Shown here in pieces: positions 36,655 through 47,330 of a DNA stretch of 64,000 nt (positions are counted from its first letter, which is position 1; every line of letters begins with the position of its first letter). Both the position numbers and the translations under genes were made by a program. The stretch covers positions 12,958,001-13,022,000 of the forward strand of contig NC_091977.1 of assembly GCF_044704955.1 (NCBI RefSeq), written 5' to 3'. Source of the DNA: Pristiophorus japonicus. Lineage: Eukaryota. Under the pieces are notes generated by a model. That model had not been told where the DNA came from. It saw only the letters and a list, made by a program, of their open reading frames with translations, and did no database searches.

Positions 36655-38958
36655 ATGAGAAGGATCCTATTCCTTCTGATAAGGATGAGCAGCAGCGACC
36701 GAGGAGACGTGGAAGAATCCCTCATTTACGGGTGTTCAGGAGGGAGAGCACCGATCATAACCGCCGGGGGTGGCCCCCGAGACATGGAAGAACTCACCGT
36801 TTACGCCCATGAGGGAAGATGGCCAGGGTGGCTGGGATCTAATTCTACCCGCTACTCCAGCCAGGAAGGTTTTACCTACGGGGAGGCCTCAGTTCCATGC
36901 CCCCGGATACGGATCATCGCTGCCCGAGTCAGTGTTACAGAGGGAAAACGTGTATGTTTGACTTGCAAAGGGAACATTCTCCTGGGAAGATGGTGGTGGC
37001 TCAGAAAACTCAGCAAGGACGCATGGGACCAGGAATCGGACATGGGACCAGGAATCGGACTGGGAAAGACTCGGTAATGATACGAACCGCACCATCACGG
37101 GGACATGGGGAGGAGTAAAAGTGTGTTGGGACAAATGGTAGGAATCCGAACAAGGAATTTATGTTTGCATGTGGAGATCAGAGAGTATTTGTCCCGCAGG
37201 CATATCGATCGCCTTCGCCAGGCAATGGCAAGATGAAGGGAAAGGGATGGAGTGGGATTCTAGCCTACACGTGTGCTGTCCCACACTCCCCACTCCCAAT
37301 TAACACCACCGAACTAAGAGCACACATTAAGAAACCCCTGCCCACAACCCCGTCACTACGCACAGTAATAGAAAGGTGTTCTACCACCACCAAGGGACCT
37401 GGGAACGGATTAGTATTGGTACCCACCGAAAAGGTGTTATACCAGGGGGTACATTCTGCAGTAGCTTCAGTAATATTAAACCTTACCGAGGTACACCTAC
37501 CTGCATGGTGTCCGAAGGAAACAGAGCTGCTCGACCAGGCCCTACTTAGAGACATGTTTAAGAAATTTTATGAGTTAGACTTTGGAAATGTAGACAAAGC
37601 AGACCTATACACCCTAAACACTAGGGACACCATGGGCTCGGGGAGACCTAGAAGGGGAATCATAAACAACGTTTTCACTACCTACAATACAGCATCCTCT
37701 GTAATAAATAGCCTAGATGGCATAGAGCTGTAAACACAGATAAACAGTTTAAAGACCCAATTGAGAAAGATCCTGAAACAGGAGAACACTGTAGTAGGAT
37801 CAGAACTACACGAGGACCAGGCTATGACGGTCCATTTAAAAGATATTGTGGCCGAGCTGGAAAAACGTGCACAGACGGTGAATGCACTTATACGGGAGAA
37901 TAGAAACGCTTCGGACCAGGCGGCACAGAACGAGGTGTGCGTACTGTACGGGGCATGGTTGTTGGGCGAGGGCCGCAACAACCTGGAGGATTTAAAACAA
38001 GGTGTGGTCCGCTCTTGGATCAGGAACAAGCACCTCACAGCCCTCCACCCGTACAGCAATTCACTAATCCCGTGCCAGCTCCGCCTAGCCTCTGAAGCCT
38101 ACCCTGTCCCAGTAGACTGTGGGAAATCTAACCACACCTGGGGATAGTACTAAGGATGCCAGTCATGGGTGGGACAGCCCGACCCGCACCGGTATACCGG
38201 GTGGAGAACATTGGAGTCATTCAGAGAGGTGCACACATTCATTTCGCAGCGGTCCCACCCTATGCCATAAAGTGGGAGCACGCTGTAACAAGTACTGACC
38301 TCTCCGGGTGCTGGAGCCGGGGTGCACACATAATACTGTGTTCCCAGTATTTGAGTGTCCATTCAAAGTCACAGTGTGGGTTTAAAGCTGCTGGCGCACA
38401 GCCCATTAACTGCACCATGGAGTAATGACACAAGACCATGTCCCTCCACAGGTAACATACATAGGGGGTGGGACATATTGTGTCACCACCAGTGCACCCC
38501 ACTACCAACATGGACACTTCTGGTGTCCGGTGAGTGACAGCAGTTTTTGCTTCAAACCTGAGGCAACAGTTCAAGTGGCCCAGGAACGGATTGTCCCCAT
38601 TCCTGAACCCTCCACTGTCCACCTCACTGCGAAGGAAAACATTACAAACCTGCAGGATTATGTTGTACATTTTAGCTATGCAATTCCCCATCTACCCAAA
38701 CATCTTACCGCTCTGCTAAAAGCTGTAATTATCTCACAAAAACACTTCTACACTCTGGAACAAAAAATCATTGAGATAGGGAAAAAGATTCTCGAGATCA
38801 CCATTCCGCCTTGGTGGGACCTTTTCAGAAATATAGAGGTCCCAGTCTGGATCCGAATCACATCCCACACTTTAGTTATCTGCCAACTCATGATTATACT
38901 TTACTTATGGTGTCTCACTTGTCGAGTGAAACGCAGAGGCCGTCAGGTCAGGCACTAA
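36655..38958 (+). pseudogene. env: ERV-B env: class I fusion (F-like) glycoprotein with N-terminal Ig-like domain
   Basis: Putative acceptor tgcccctacag (36641); leader MRRILFLLI; RPRR (37644-37655) followed by apolar peptide and heptad region; Cys-rich region DLSGC...IILC...CGF...NC...YIGGGTYCV; C-terminal TM TLVICQLMIILYLWCLTC + basic tail; stops/frameshifts at ~37040, 37139, 37731, ~38140, ~38423. Confidence 0.8.
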
Positions 38959-40122
38959 AGGGTGCTGTACGCTTCTTGGCCGAACTTGGGAATCGCGCAG
39001 GGAGGGGTGATACCATACTACCATGTTTAATTTGTGTTTGATTTTACCTGCTGTAAACCACAACATCGCGAGTGTTGTAAGAGTGTTACTTAAATGTTTT
39101 GACTATGTATCTTTATTTTACTGAACTTAAAACATTTTTGCGTATGGACCTTTATGCTATTTGAGAATGTGTTACTATGTGTTTTCATTTTACTTTACTT
39201 AAAGTTGTGTATGACATATACCGTCATTTTACTGTGAAAACCGAGTAAAAGAGGGACATCATACCAACTCTGTGCTATAACCGAATTGTAATGACCATAT
39301 TCGCCTGATATTGCATTGCATTTCAATGGGGGATGCAGGGTAATGTTAGCTAGTATAAATGCAGGGAAGGTTGACTCTCGGGAGCAGGAATTTTGCTTAC
39401 TTTGATTGCCACTCAAGGAGTGTAGAGTGTCAACAGGGGGGACTGCAGAGAGCAGAATTCACCAGAATCCCCCTGTGTTTGGGCTCATTCGAAAGGAAAT
39501 TTAATTTGGGACTATCTACCGAAAAGTTTGGAACTCTAAAGTGCTTATGGAAGAAACTACGAACTTTAATAGAATTATGAACTTTTACAAGGCAAATTCA
39601 AGCCTGTGGGCAGACCTAGGGAACAAAAGAAGCCCACTTGATTATTGGAACTGTCTGGGTGTGAGGACTGAGTTAACCTGTCTGGAAGAATGAGGGTTTG
39701 AAAATTTTCCTCCACAAGAGACATTACCATCACAGTATCACCCAGAGATAGCTCCCCATCAACATGGGTTGGGACAAACCATTTCATCATATACATCACA
39801 AAGAGGCCCAATCCAGCCTGTATGCGAAAGACTAAGCACAAAAGGACATTGCAATTACCAAACTAATATTTCCATCAGGAAACAGTTTTCGAACATCAAC
39901 CACCCAAGACATATCAACTTTAACGAGCCCGACAAAATATTACAAAGGATTGTGAACAGATTGGGCGGCAAGATTAGAACACTGAAATCATATAACTGGC
40001 CACTGTTTTCAACAGAGAGAGAGAGAGAGAGGAGAGTAGAGAGAGAGGAGAGAGAAAGGAGAGATTCTCCAGCCTCGAAGTCTTGAAGTCCTGAAGAAAA
40101 GAAGAACATCACCATCTACCAT

Positions 40123-40671
40123 TGTTTTGGATCGATAATAATAGACCCAGGTTCGGGATCTGGATGAATGTTAAATAAGAGACAAGACAAATGAAATAAA
40201 GAATAAAATACCATTTACTGAGAGAAAAGAAACATTAATAATGCAGTTTACGAAGAAAAGAAAAGTATGATAAGATGCAACAACACTCACAGCTTTCCGC
40301 CCGTCGGGAACTCCGCAATGACGGCTGGTCTGGAGCATTGTGGGTCCCGGCACCGCTCGCGAATCACGGTCCAAGGTGAAGTTCAAAGAGCTACAGGACA
40401 GTGCGGTTCCTTTATACTATTAAACAATCATACTATTGAACAAAACATGGGTGCATGTGGCTTATGGCCAACGCCTAATCTGTAAGGCCCCAGGTGCTTG
40501 TCCACAAAGCATGAGATCTCGAGGCACCGACCGTCTCATAACACGCTGGTGTGTGTCCCAAGGTCGCTTCCCTCTCTCTCTCTCTATAGCAACAACATAC
40601 CATGGGGCACGGGACATTGTAAATGTCTAAATATCATAATTAACAGTATGTGATTAACCCCATACAATACA
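40123..40671. mobile_element. Solo LTR (549 bp) of another family inside the ERV-B 3' LTR
   Basis: TG...CA, 5-bp TSD ACCAT; absent from the 5' LTR. Confidence 0.88.
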
Positions 40672-40784
40672 ACCATTAACTATCAAAAGGATTGGTAAGC
40701 ATAGTCCCGGCCTGCCCTGGAGTCTAACCTAGCTAGAATTAGGTATTGGGAGGTGGGAGGTATAATTTTACTGCAACCCCCTTT

Positions 40785-41230
40785 AGAATAGATAGAAAAT
40801 AGGTGCAGGAGTAGGCCATTCGGCTCTTCAATGAGTTCATGGCTGAACATGCAACTTCAGTACCCCATTCCTGCTTTCTCGCCATACCCCTTGATCTCCC
40901 TAGTAGTAAGGACTACATCTAACTCCTTTTTGAATATATTTAGTGAATTGGCCTCAACAACTTCCTGTGGTAGAGAATTCCACAGGTTCACCACTCTCTG
41001 GGTGAAGAAGTTTCTCCTCATCTCGGTCCTAAATGGTTTACCCCTTATCCTTAGACTGTGACCCCTGGTTCTGGACTTCCCCAACATTGGGAACATTCTT
41101 CCTGCATCTAACCTGTCTAAACCCGTCAGAATTTTAAACGTTTCTATGAGATCCTCTCTCATTCTTCTGAACTCCAGTGAATACAAGCCCAGTTGATCCA
41201 ATCTTTCTTGATATGTCAGTCCCGCCATCC
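40785..41230 (-). mobile_element. CR1 3' fragment inside the ERV-B 3' LTR
   Basis: GMAGLTYQERLDQ...GEKAGMGY on minus; CCCTTT at both junctions. Confidence 0.92.
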
Positions 41231-41920
41231 CTTTGAATGTGTAGTGCATGGCACTTTATTAGAGTGATTTTAAATTTGACCTTGTACCTTTCCTTGTAGT
41301 GTTCTTTGTTAGAGTGGTTGTAAGTTTGGCCTTGTATTTTCTGACTAGAGTAGTAAGCCTGTATTACTTTGACTGTAATAAAAACAAAGTTCTTTGCATC
41401 AAACCAGTGTCCTCTGCACTTTTGTCACACACCCCAAATAAATCCAGAGTACAGAACCCAAGGGAGAGGGAGCGATTCGAAACCGCTCAAGTTGGTCAGA
41501 AGGGAACCTGACCCCTTCATAGAGACACGCAACATCACATCCCGCCTTACATGGCAGATACAGTATTATGTGGATAAATGTGAGGTTCCCACTTTGGTGG
41601 CAAAAACACGAAGGCAGAATATTATCTGAATGGCGGCAGATTAGGAAAAGAGGAGGTGCAGTGAGACCTGGGTGTCATGGTACATCAGTCATTTAAAGTT
41701 GGCATGCAGGTACAGCAGGCGGTGAAGAAGGCAAATGGCATGTTGGCCTTCATAGCTAGGGGTTTTGAGTATAGGAGCAGGGAGGTCTTACTGCAGTTGT
41801 ACAGGGCCTCTAGTGAGGCCTCACCTGGAATATTGTGTTCAGTTTTGGTCTCCTAATCTGAGGAAGGACGTTCTTGCTATTGAGGGAGTGCAGCGAAGGT
41901 TCACCAGACTGATTCCCGGG

Positions 41921-44900
41921 AGCAGCAGCACAGAGTGGCATTCGTGAGTTTGTTAAGTGGGTGAGTTTTAAGGGCAAGTGGGGGTGGCAGGTGCTGTTTC
42001 ATCTTGTTTTTCCTACCAGTGCTGATACTAGAGCAGTTGATAAGGAGTGCGAGAGTAGGAGACGGAGGCCAAGAGACCAGCGCAACCTGCTGCAGACAAA
42101 GATAGAGGGGTGCGAAATCGAGAGGTGACGTCACAGCCAAGCTGGTAAGTAGTTGGCTGTTTGACTGGTAAGTATAACTCTCTTTTAGACTGACTTTTAG
42201 AAGGTTTAATTGGCAGTGAACTACTAAGTAGCTGTTTGGTGTTTAAATACATTTTAGTAAGTAAATTAATTTAAGGGTTAAGTCATGGCAGGAGAGCTCG
42301 GACCCGTGTCATGCTCCTCCTGTGCTATGTGGGAAGTCAGGGACACTTCCAGTGTCCCTGACTACTGTGTGTGTGGGCAGTGTGTCCAGCTGCAGCTCCT
42401 GACAGACCACATGATGGCACTGGAGCTGCGGATGGACTCACTCTGGAGCATGCGCGATGCTGAGAATGTTGTGGATAGCACATTTAGTGAGTTGGTCACA
42501 CTGCAGGTAAGGGTTAGGACAGATAGTGAATGGGTGACCAAGAGACAAGGCAAGAGCAGGAAGGTAGTGCAGGAGTCCCCTGCGGTCATCTCCCTCCAAA
42601 ACAGTCATATCGTTTTGGATACTGTTGGGGGAGATGATTTACCAGGGCAAGGTACCAGCAGCCAGGTTCATGGCACCATGGGTGGCTCTGCTGCACAGGA
42701 GGGCAGGAAAAAGAGTGGGAGAGCTATAGTGATAGGGGACTATATTTTAAGGGGAATAGATAGGAGTTTCTGCGGCCGCAACCGAGACTCCAGGATGGTA
42801 GGTTGCCTCCCTGGTGCAAGGGTCAAGGATGTCTCGGAGCAGCTGCAGAGCATTCTGGAGAGGGAGGGTGAAAAGCCAGTTGTCGTGGTACATGTAGGTA
42901 CCAACGATATAGGTAAGAAGTGGGAAGAGGTCCTACAAGGTGAATTTAGGGAGCTAGGAGTTAAATTAAAAAGTAGGACCTCAAAGGTAGCAATCTCTGG
43001 ATTGCTACTAGTGCCACGTGCTAATCAGAGTAGAGGGAGCAGGATAGTTAGAATAAATACGTGGCTTGAGCAGTGGTGCAAGAGGGAGGAATTCAAATTC
43101 CTGGGACATTGGAACCAGTTCTGGGGGAAGTAGGACTTGTACAAAAGGGACGGTCTGCACCTGAGCAGGACTGGAACTGATGTCCGAGGGGTAACATTTG
43201 CTAATACAGTTCGGGAGTGTTTAAACTAATATGGCAGGGGGATGGGAACCCATGCAGCGAGACAGGGTGAAGTAATATGAGTTAGAAACAGATGGTAGAA
43301 ATGCAAAAAGCAATAGTGGAAGGCCGAGTAAACAAAGGCAAGAAACAAAAAGGGCCACACTACATCATAATTCTAAAAGGACAAAGGGCATTAAAAGAAC
43401 AAGCCTGAAGGCTTTGTGTCTTAATGCAAGGAGTATCCGTAATAAGGTGGATGAATTAACTGTGCAAATAGATGTTAACAGATATGATGTGATTGGGATT
43501 ACAGAGACATGGCTCCAGGATGATCAGGGCTGGGAACTCAACATCTAAGAGTATTCAACATTCAGGAAGGATAGACAGAAAGGAAAAGAAGGTGGGGTAG
43601 TATTGCTGGTTAAAGAGGAGATTAATGCAATAGTTAGGAAGGACATTAGCTTGGATGATGTGGAATCTATATGGGTAGAGCTGCAGAACACCAAAGGGCA
43701 AAAAACGTTAGTGGGAGTTGTGTACAGACCTCCAAACAGTAGTACTGATGTTGTGGAGGACATCAAACAGAAAATTAGGGGTGCATGCAATAAAGGTGCA
43801 GCAGTTATCATGGGTGACTTTAATATGCATATAGATTGGGCTAACCAAACTGGAAGCAATACGGTGGAGAAGGATTTACTGGAATGCATAAGGGATGGTT
43901 TTCTAGACCAATATGTCGAGGAACCAACTAGGGGGGAGGTCATCTTAGACTGGGTGTTGTGTAATGAGAGAGGATTAATTAGCAATCTCGTTGTGCAAGG
44001 CCCCTTGGGGAAGAGTGACCATAATATGGTGGAAATCTACATTAAGATGGAGAATGAAACAGTTAATTCAGAGACCATGGTCCAGAACTTAAAGAAGGGT
44101 AACTTTGAAGGTATGAGGCGTGAATTGGCTAGGATAGATTGGCGAATGATACTTAAGGAGTTTACTGTGGATGGGCAATGGCAGATATTTAGAGACCGCA
44201 TGGATGAACTACAGCAATTGTACATCCCTGTCTGGCGTCAAAATAAAAAAGGGAAGCTGGCTCAACCATGGCTATCAAGGGAAATCAGGGATCGTATTAA
44301 AGCCAAGGAAGTGGCATACAAATTGGCCAGAAATAGAGCGAACCCGGGGACTGGAAGAAATTTAGAACTCAGCAGAGGAGGACAAAGGGTTTGATTAGGG
44401 CAGGGAAAATAGAGTACGAGAGGAAGCTTGCAGGGAACATTAAGACGGACTGCAAAAGCTTCTATAGATATGTAAAGAGAAAAAGATTAGTAAAGACAAA
44501 CGTGGGTCCTCTGCAGTCCAAATCGGGGGAAGTCATAACGGGGAACAAAGAAATGGCAGACCAATTGAACAAGTACTGTGGTTCGGCATTCACTAAGGAG
44601 GACACAAACAACCTTCCGGATATGAAAGGGGTCAGAGGGTCTAGTAAGAAGGAGGAACTGAGGGAAATCCTTATTAGTCGGGAAATTGTGTTGGGGAAAT
44701 TGATGGGATTGAAGGCCGATAAATCCCCAGGGCCTGATGGACTGCATTCCAGAGTACTTAAGGAGGTGGCCTTGGAAATAGCGGATTCATTGACAGTCAT
44801 TTTCCAACATTCCATAGACTCTGAATCAATTCCTATTGAGTGGAGAGTAGCCAATGTAACCCCACTTTTCAAAAAAGAAGGGAGAGAGAAAACAGGGAAT

Positions 44901-46297
44901 TATAGACCGGTCAGCCTGACCTCAGTCGGGGGTAAAATGATGGAATCAATTATTAAGGATGCCATAGCAGCGTATTTGGAAAGAGGTGACATGATAGGTC
45001 CAAGTCAGCATGGATTTGTGAAAGGGAAATCATGCTTGATAAATCTTCTGGAATTTTTTGAGGATTTTTCCAGTAGAGTGGACAAGGGAGAACCAGTTGA
45101 TGTGGTATATTTGGACTTTCAGAAGGCTTTCGACAAGGTCCCACACAAGAGATTAATGTGCAAAGTTAAAGCACATGGGATTGGAGGTAGTGTGCTGGCA
45201 TGGATTGAGAACTGGTTGGCAGACAGGAAGCAAAGAGTAGGAGTAAATGGGTACTTTTCAGAATGGCAGGCAGTGACTAGTGGGGTACCGCAAGATTCTG
45301 TGCTGGGGCCCCAGCTGTTTACATTGTACATTAATGATTTGGACAAGGGGATTAAATGTCGTATCTCCAAATTTGCAGATGACACTAAGTTGGGTGGCAG
45401 TGTGAGCTGCGAGGAGGATGCAATGAGGCTGCAGAGTGACTTGGATAGGTTAGGTGAGTGGGCAAATGCATGGCAGATGAAGTATAATGTGGATAAATGT
45501 GAGGTTATCCACTTTGGTGGTAAAAACAGAGAGAAGACTATTATCTGAATGGTGACAGATTAGGAAAAGGGGAGGTGCAATGAGACCTGGGTGTCATGGT
45601 ACATCAGTCATTGAAGGTTGGCATGCAGGTTCAGCAGGTGGTTAAGAAAGCAAATGGCATGTTGGCCTTCATAGCGAGGGGATTTGAGTACAGGGGCAGG
45701 GAGGTGTTGCTACAGTTGTACAGGGCATTGGTGAGGCCACACCTGGAGTATTGTGTACAGTTTTGGTCTCCTAACTTGAGGAAGGACATTCTTGCTATTG
45801 AGGGAGTGCAGCGAAGGTTCACCAGACTGATTCCCAGGAAGGCGGGACTGACATATCAAGAAAGACTGGATCAACTGGGCTTGTATTCACTGGAGTTCAG
45901 AAGAATGAGAGGGGACCTCATAGAAACGTTTAAAATTCTGACGGGTTTAGACAGGTTAGATGCAGGAAGAATGTTCCCAATGTTGGGGAAGTCCAGAACC
46001 AGGGGTCACAGTCTAAGGATAAGGGGTAAGCCATTTAGGACCGAGATGAGGAGAAACTTCTTCACCCAGAGAGTGGTGAACCTGTGGAATTCTCTACCAC
46101 AGAAAGTTGTTGAGGCCAATTCACTAAATATATTCAAAAAGGAGTTAGATGTAGTTCTTACTACTAGGGGATCAAGGGGTATGGCTAGAAAGCAGGAATG
46201 GGGTACTGAAGTTGCATGTTCAGCCATGAACTCATTGAATGGCGGTGCAGGCTCGAAGGGCCGAATGGCCTACTCCTGCACCTATTTTCTATGTTTC
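41921..46297 (+). mobile_element. Apparently full-length CR1 (5' UTR, ORF1 zinc-finger + SGNH esterase, ORF2 EN/RT), inactivated
   Basis: ORF1 42285: CSSCAMWE...CGQC, IGDYILR, HVGTND; ORF2 pieces 43603-46209; tail TTTCTATGTTTCT; CRE TGACGTCA at 42126 in the 5' UTR. Confidence 0.93.
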
Positions 46298-47313
46298 TCT
46301 GACCACAAGGCCATAAAACAGTGGTCAGCACATAAGGTCCTGGACGCCCTACGAAAGAAGGAGCGGGTGGACCCTGTCGGGTGGTCCCCTGAGCGGACTG
46401 TCGAACTTGTTTGGCAGAACGCCTCATCGTCAGAGCTGTCACACAAGCACCAAGACGTAGCCTGGTTGGCGGTGAGGAGGGCCTTACCCGTCAGAGTGTT
46501 CATGCACAGCCGACGTCTCAGCAGCACGGCACGGTGCCCCCGAGTCGGCTGCGGGGCGGACGAGACTGTCACCCATCTCCTTCAGGATTGCGCCTTCGCA
46601 AGGCAGGTCTGGAAGGAGATGCAGTGGTTGCTGTCGAGGTTCATCCCAAGCAGCTCCGTAACACAGGACTCTGTGCTCGACGGACTGTTCCTAGGGACAC
46701 ACACCGAGACAGACATCATCTGCTGCTGGAGGGCCATCAACTCGGTCAAAGACGCTCTTTGGTCTTGCCGAAACTTGCTGGTCTTCCAGAGCAAGGAGAT
46801 GTCCACGTCTGCGTGTTGCAGACTGGCACAATCCAAGATCCAGGAGTACGTGCTGACGCCACAAAGGCACGGTGGGGAAGGGCCACAGTTGAAAGCTCTT
46901 CTGCCACAGTAAACCCGGGGGCAGGAATCAGTATAAAACTCCTCTCGGGCCGTACTTGTAACTTTTTTTTTGTGTACATGGAGCACCATGATCTGTAAAT
47001 ACCTATGTAGTCCCATGTACAAGGCAAGGTCTATTTCGTGATGCACGTTGGCAAGGTAAATGTACCGTCACCCATTCCGTGTACTGTATAGTGACACATG
47101 TAATGTAATTTGTCGAATGTACTACAATGTATCCCGTATTGTACCGAATTGTACTTGAATTGAAAAGCAAGGAAATGCATCGAACGGAACTGCCATCAGC
47201 ACCCAAATGTAGTGTATGGGATTGCTGACCGCAGCTAAACGTACTGAACTGCTTTTGAATGTACTGTACAAATTTTTATATGAATAAAGTATATTTTGAA
47301 ATATAAAAAAAAA
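46298..47313 (+). mobile_element. Tx1-clade LINE 3' fragment
   Basis: zf-RVT-like CPRVGCGADETVTHLLQDC, AINSVKDALW; AATAAA + A-tail at 47283-47313. Confidence 0.85.
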
Positions 47314-47330
47314 CATCTCCTTTCTGTGCA

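Larger units (their letters stand above)
27167..41551 (+). mobile_element. ERV-B: full-length lokiretrovirus-like provirus (LTR-gag-pro-pol-env-LTR) with nested insertions
   Basis: Paired LTRs, PBS, PPT, (A)TGG on both flanks, gag/pro/RT/RH/RH/IN and F-like env in order. Confidence 0.9.
39444..41551 (+). mobile_element. ERV-B 3' LTR with two insertions
   Basis: Preceded by PPT AGGGGGGAC; colinear with the 5' LTR. Confidence 0.95.
26351..41920 (+). mobile_element. CR1 ORF2 fragment (26351-27166 and 41552-41920) hosting the large provirus
   Basis: ...EWAN[E/A]W at 27149-27166 continues as WQIQYYVDKCEV at 41552. Confidence 0.9.

Noticed and set aside
36910-37180. Env Ig domain captured from the neighbouring Siglec-like exons
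   Set aside because: No visible similarity beyond generic Ig motifs; proximity is probably coincidental.
45596-46912. 438-aa CR1 RT plus zinc-finger fusion ORF
   Set aside because: A frameshift near the CR1 stop reads through its 3' UTR into an adjacent Tx1 fragment.
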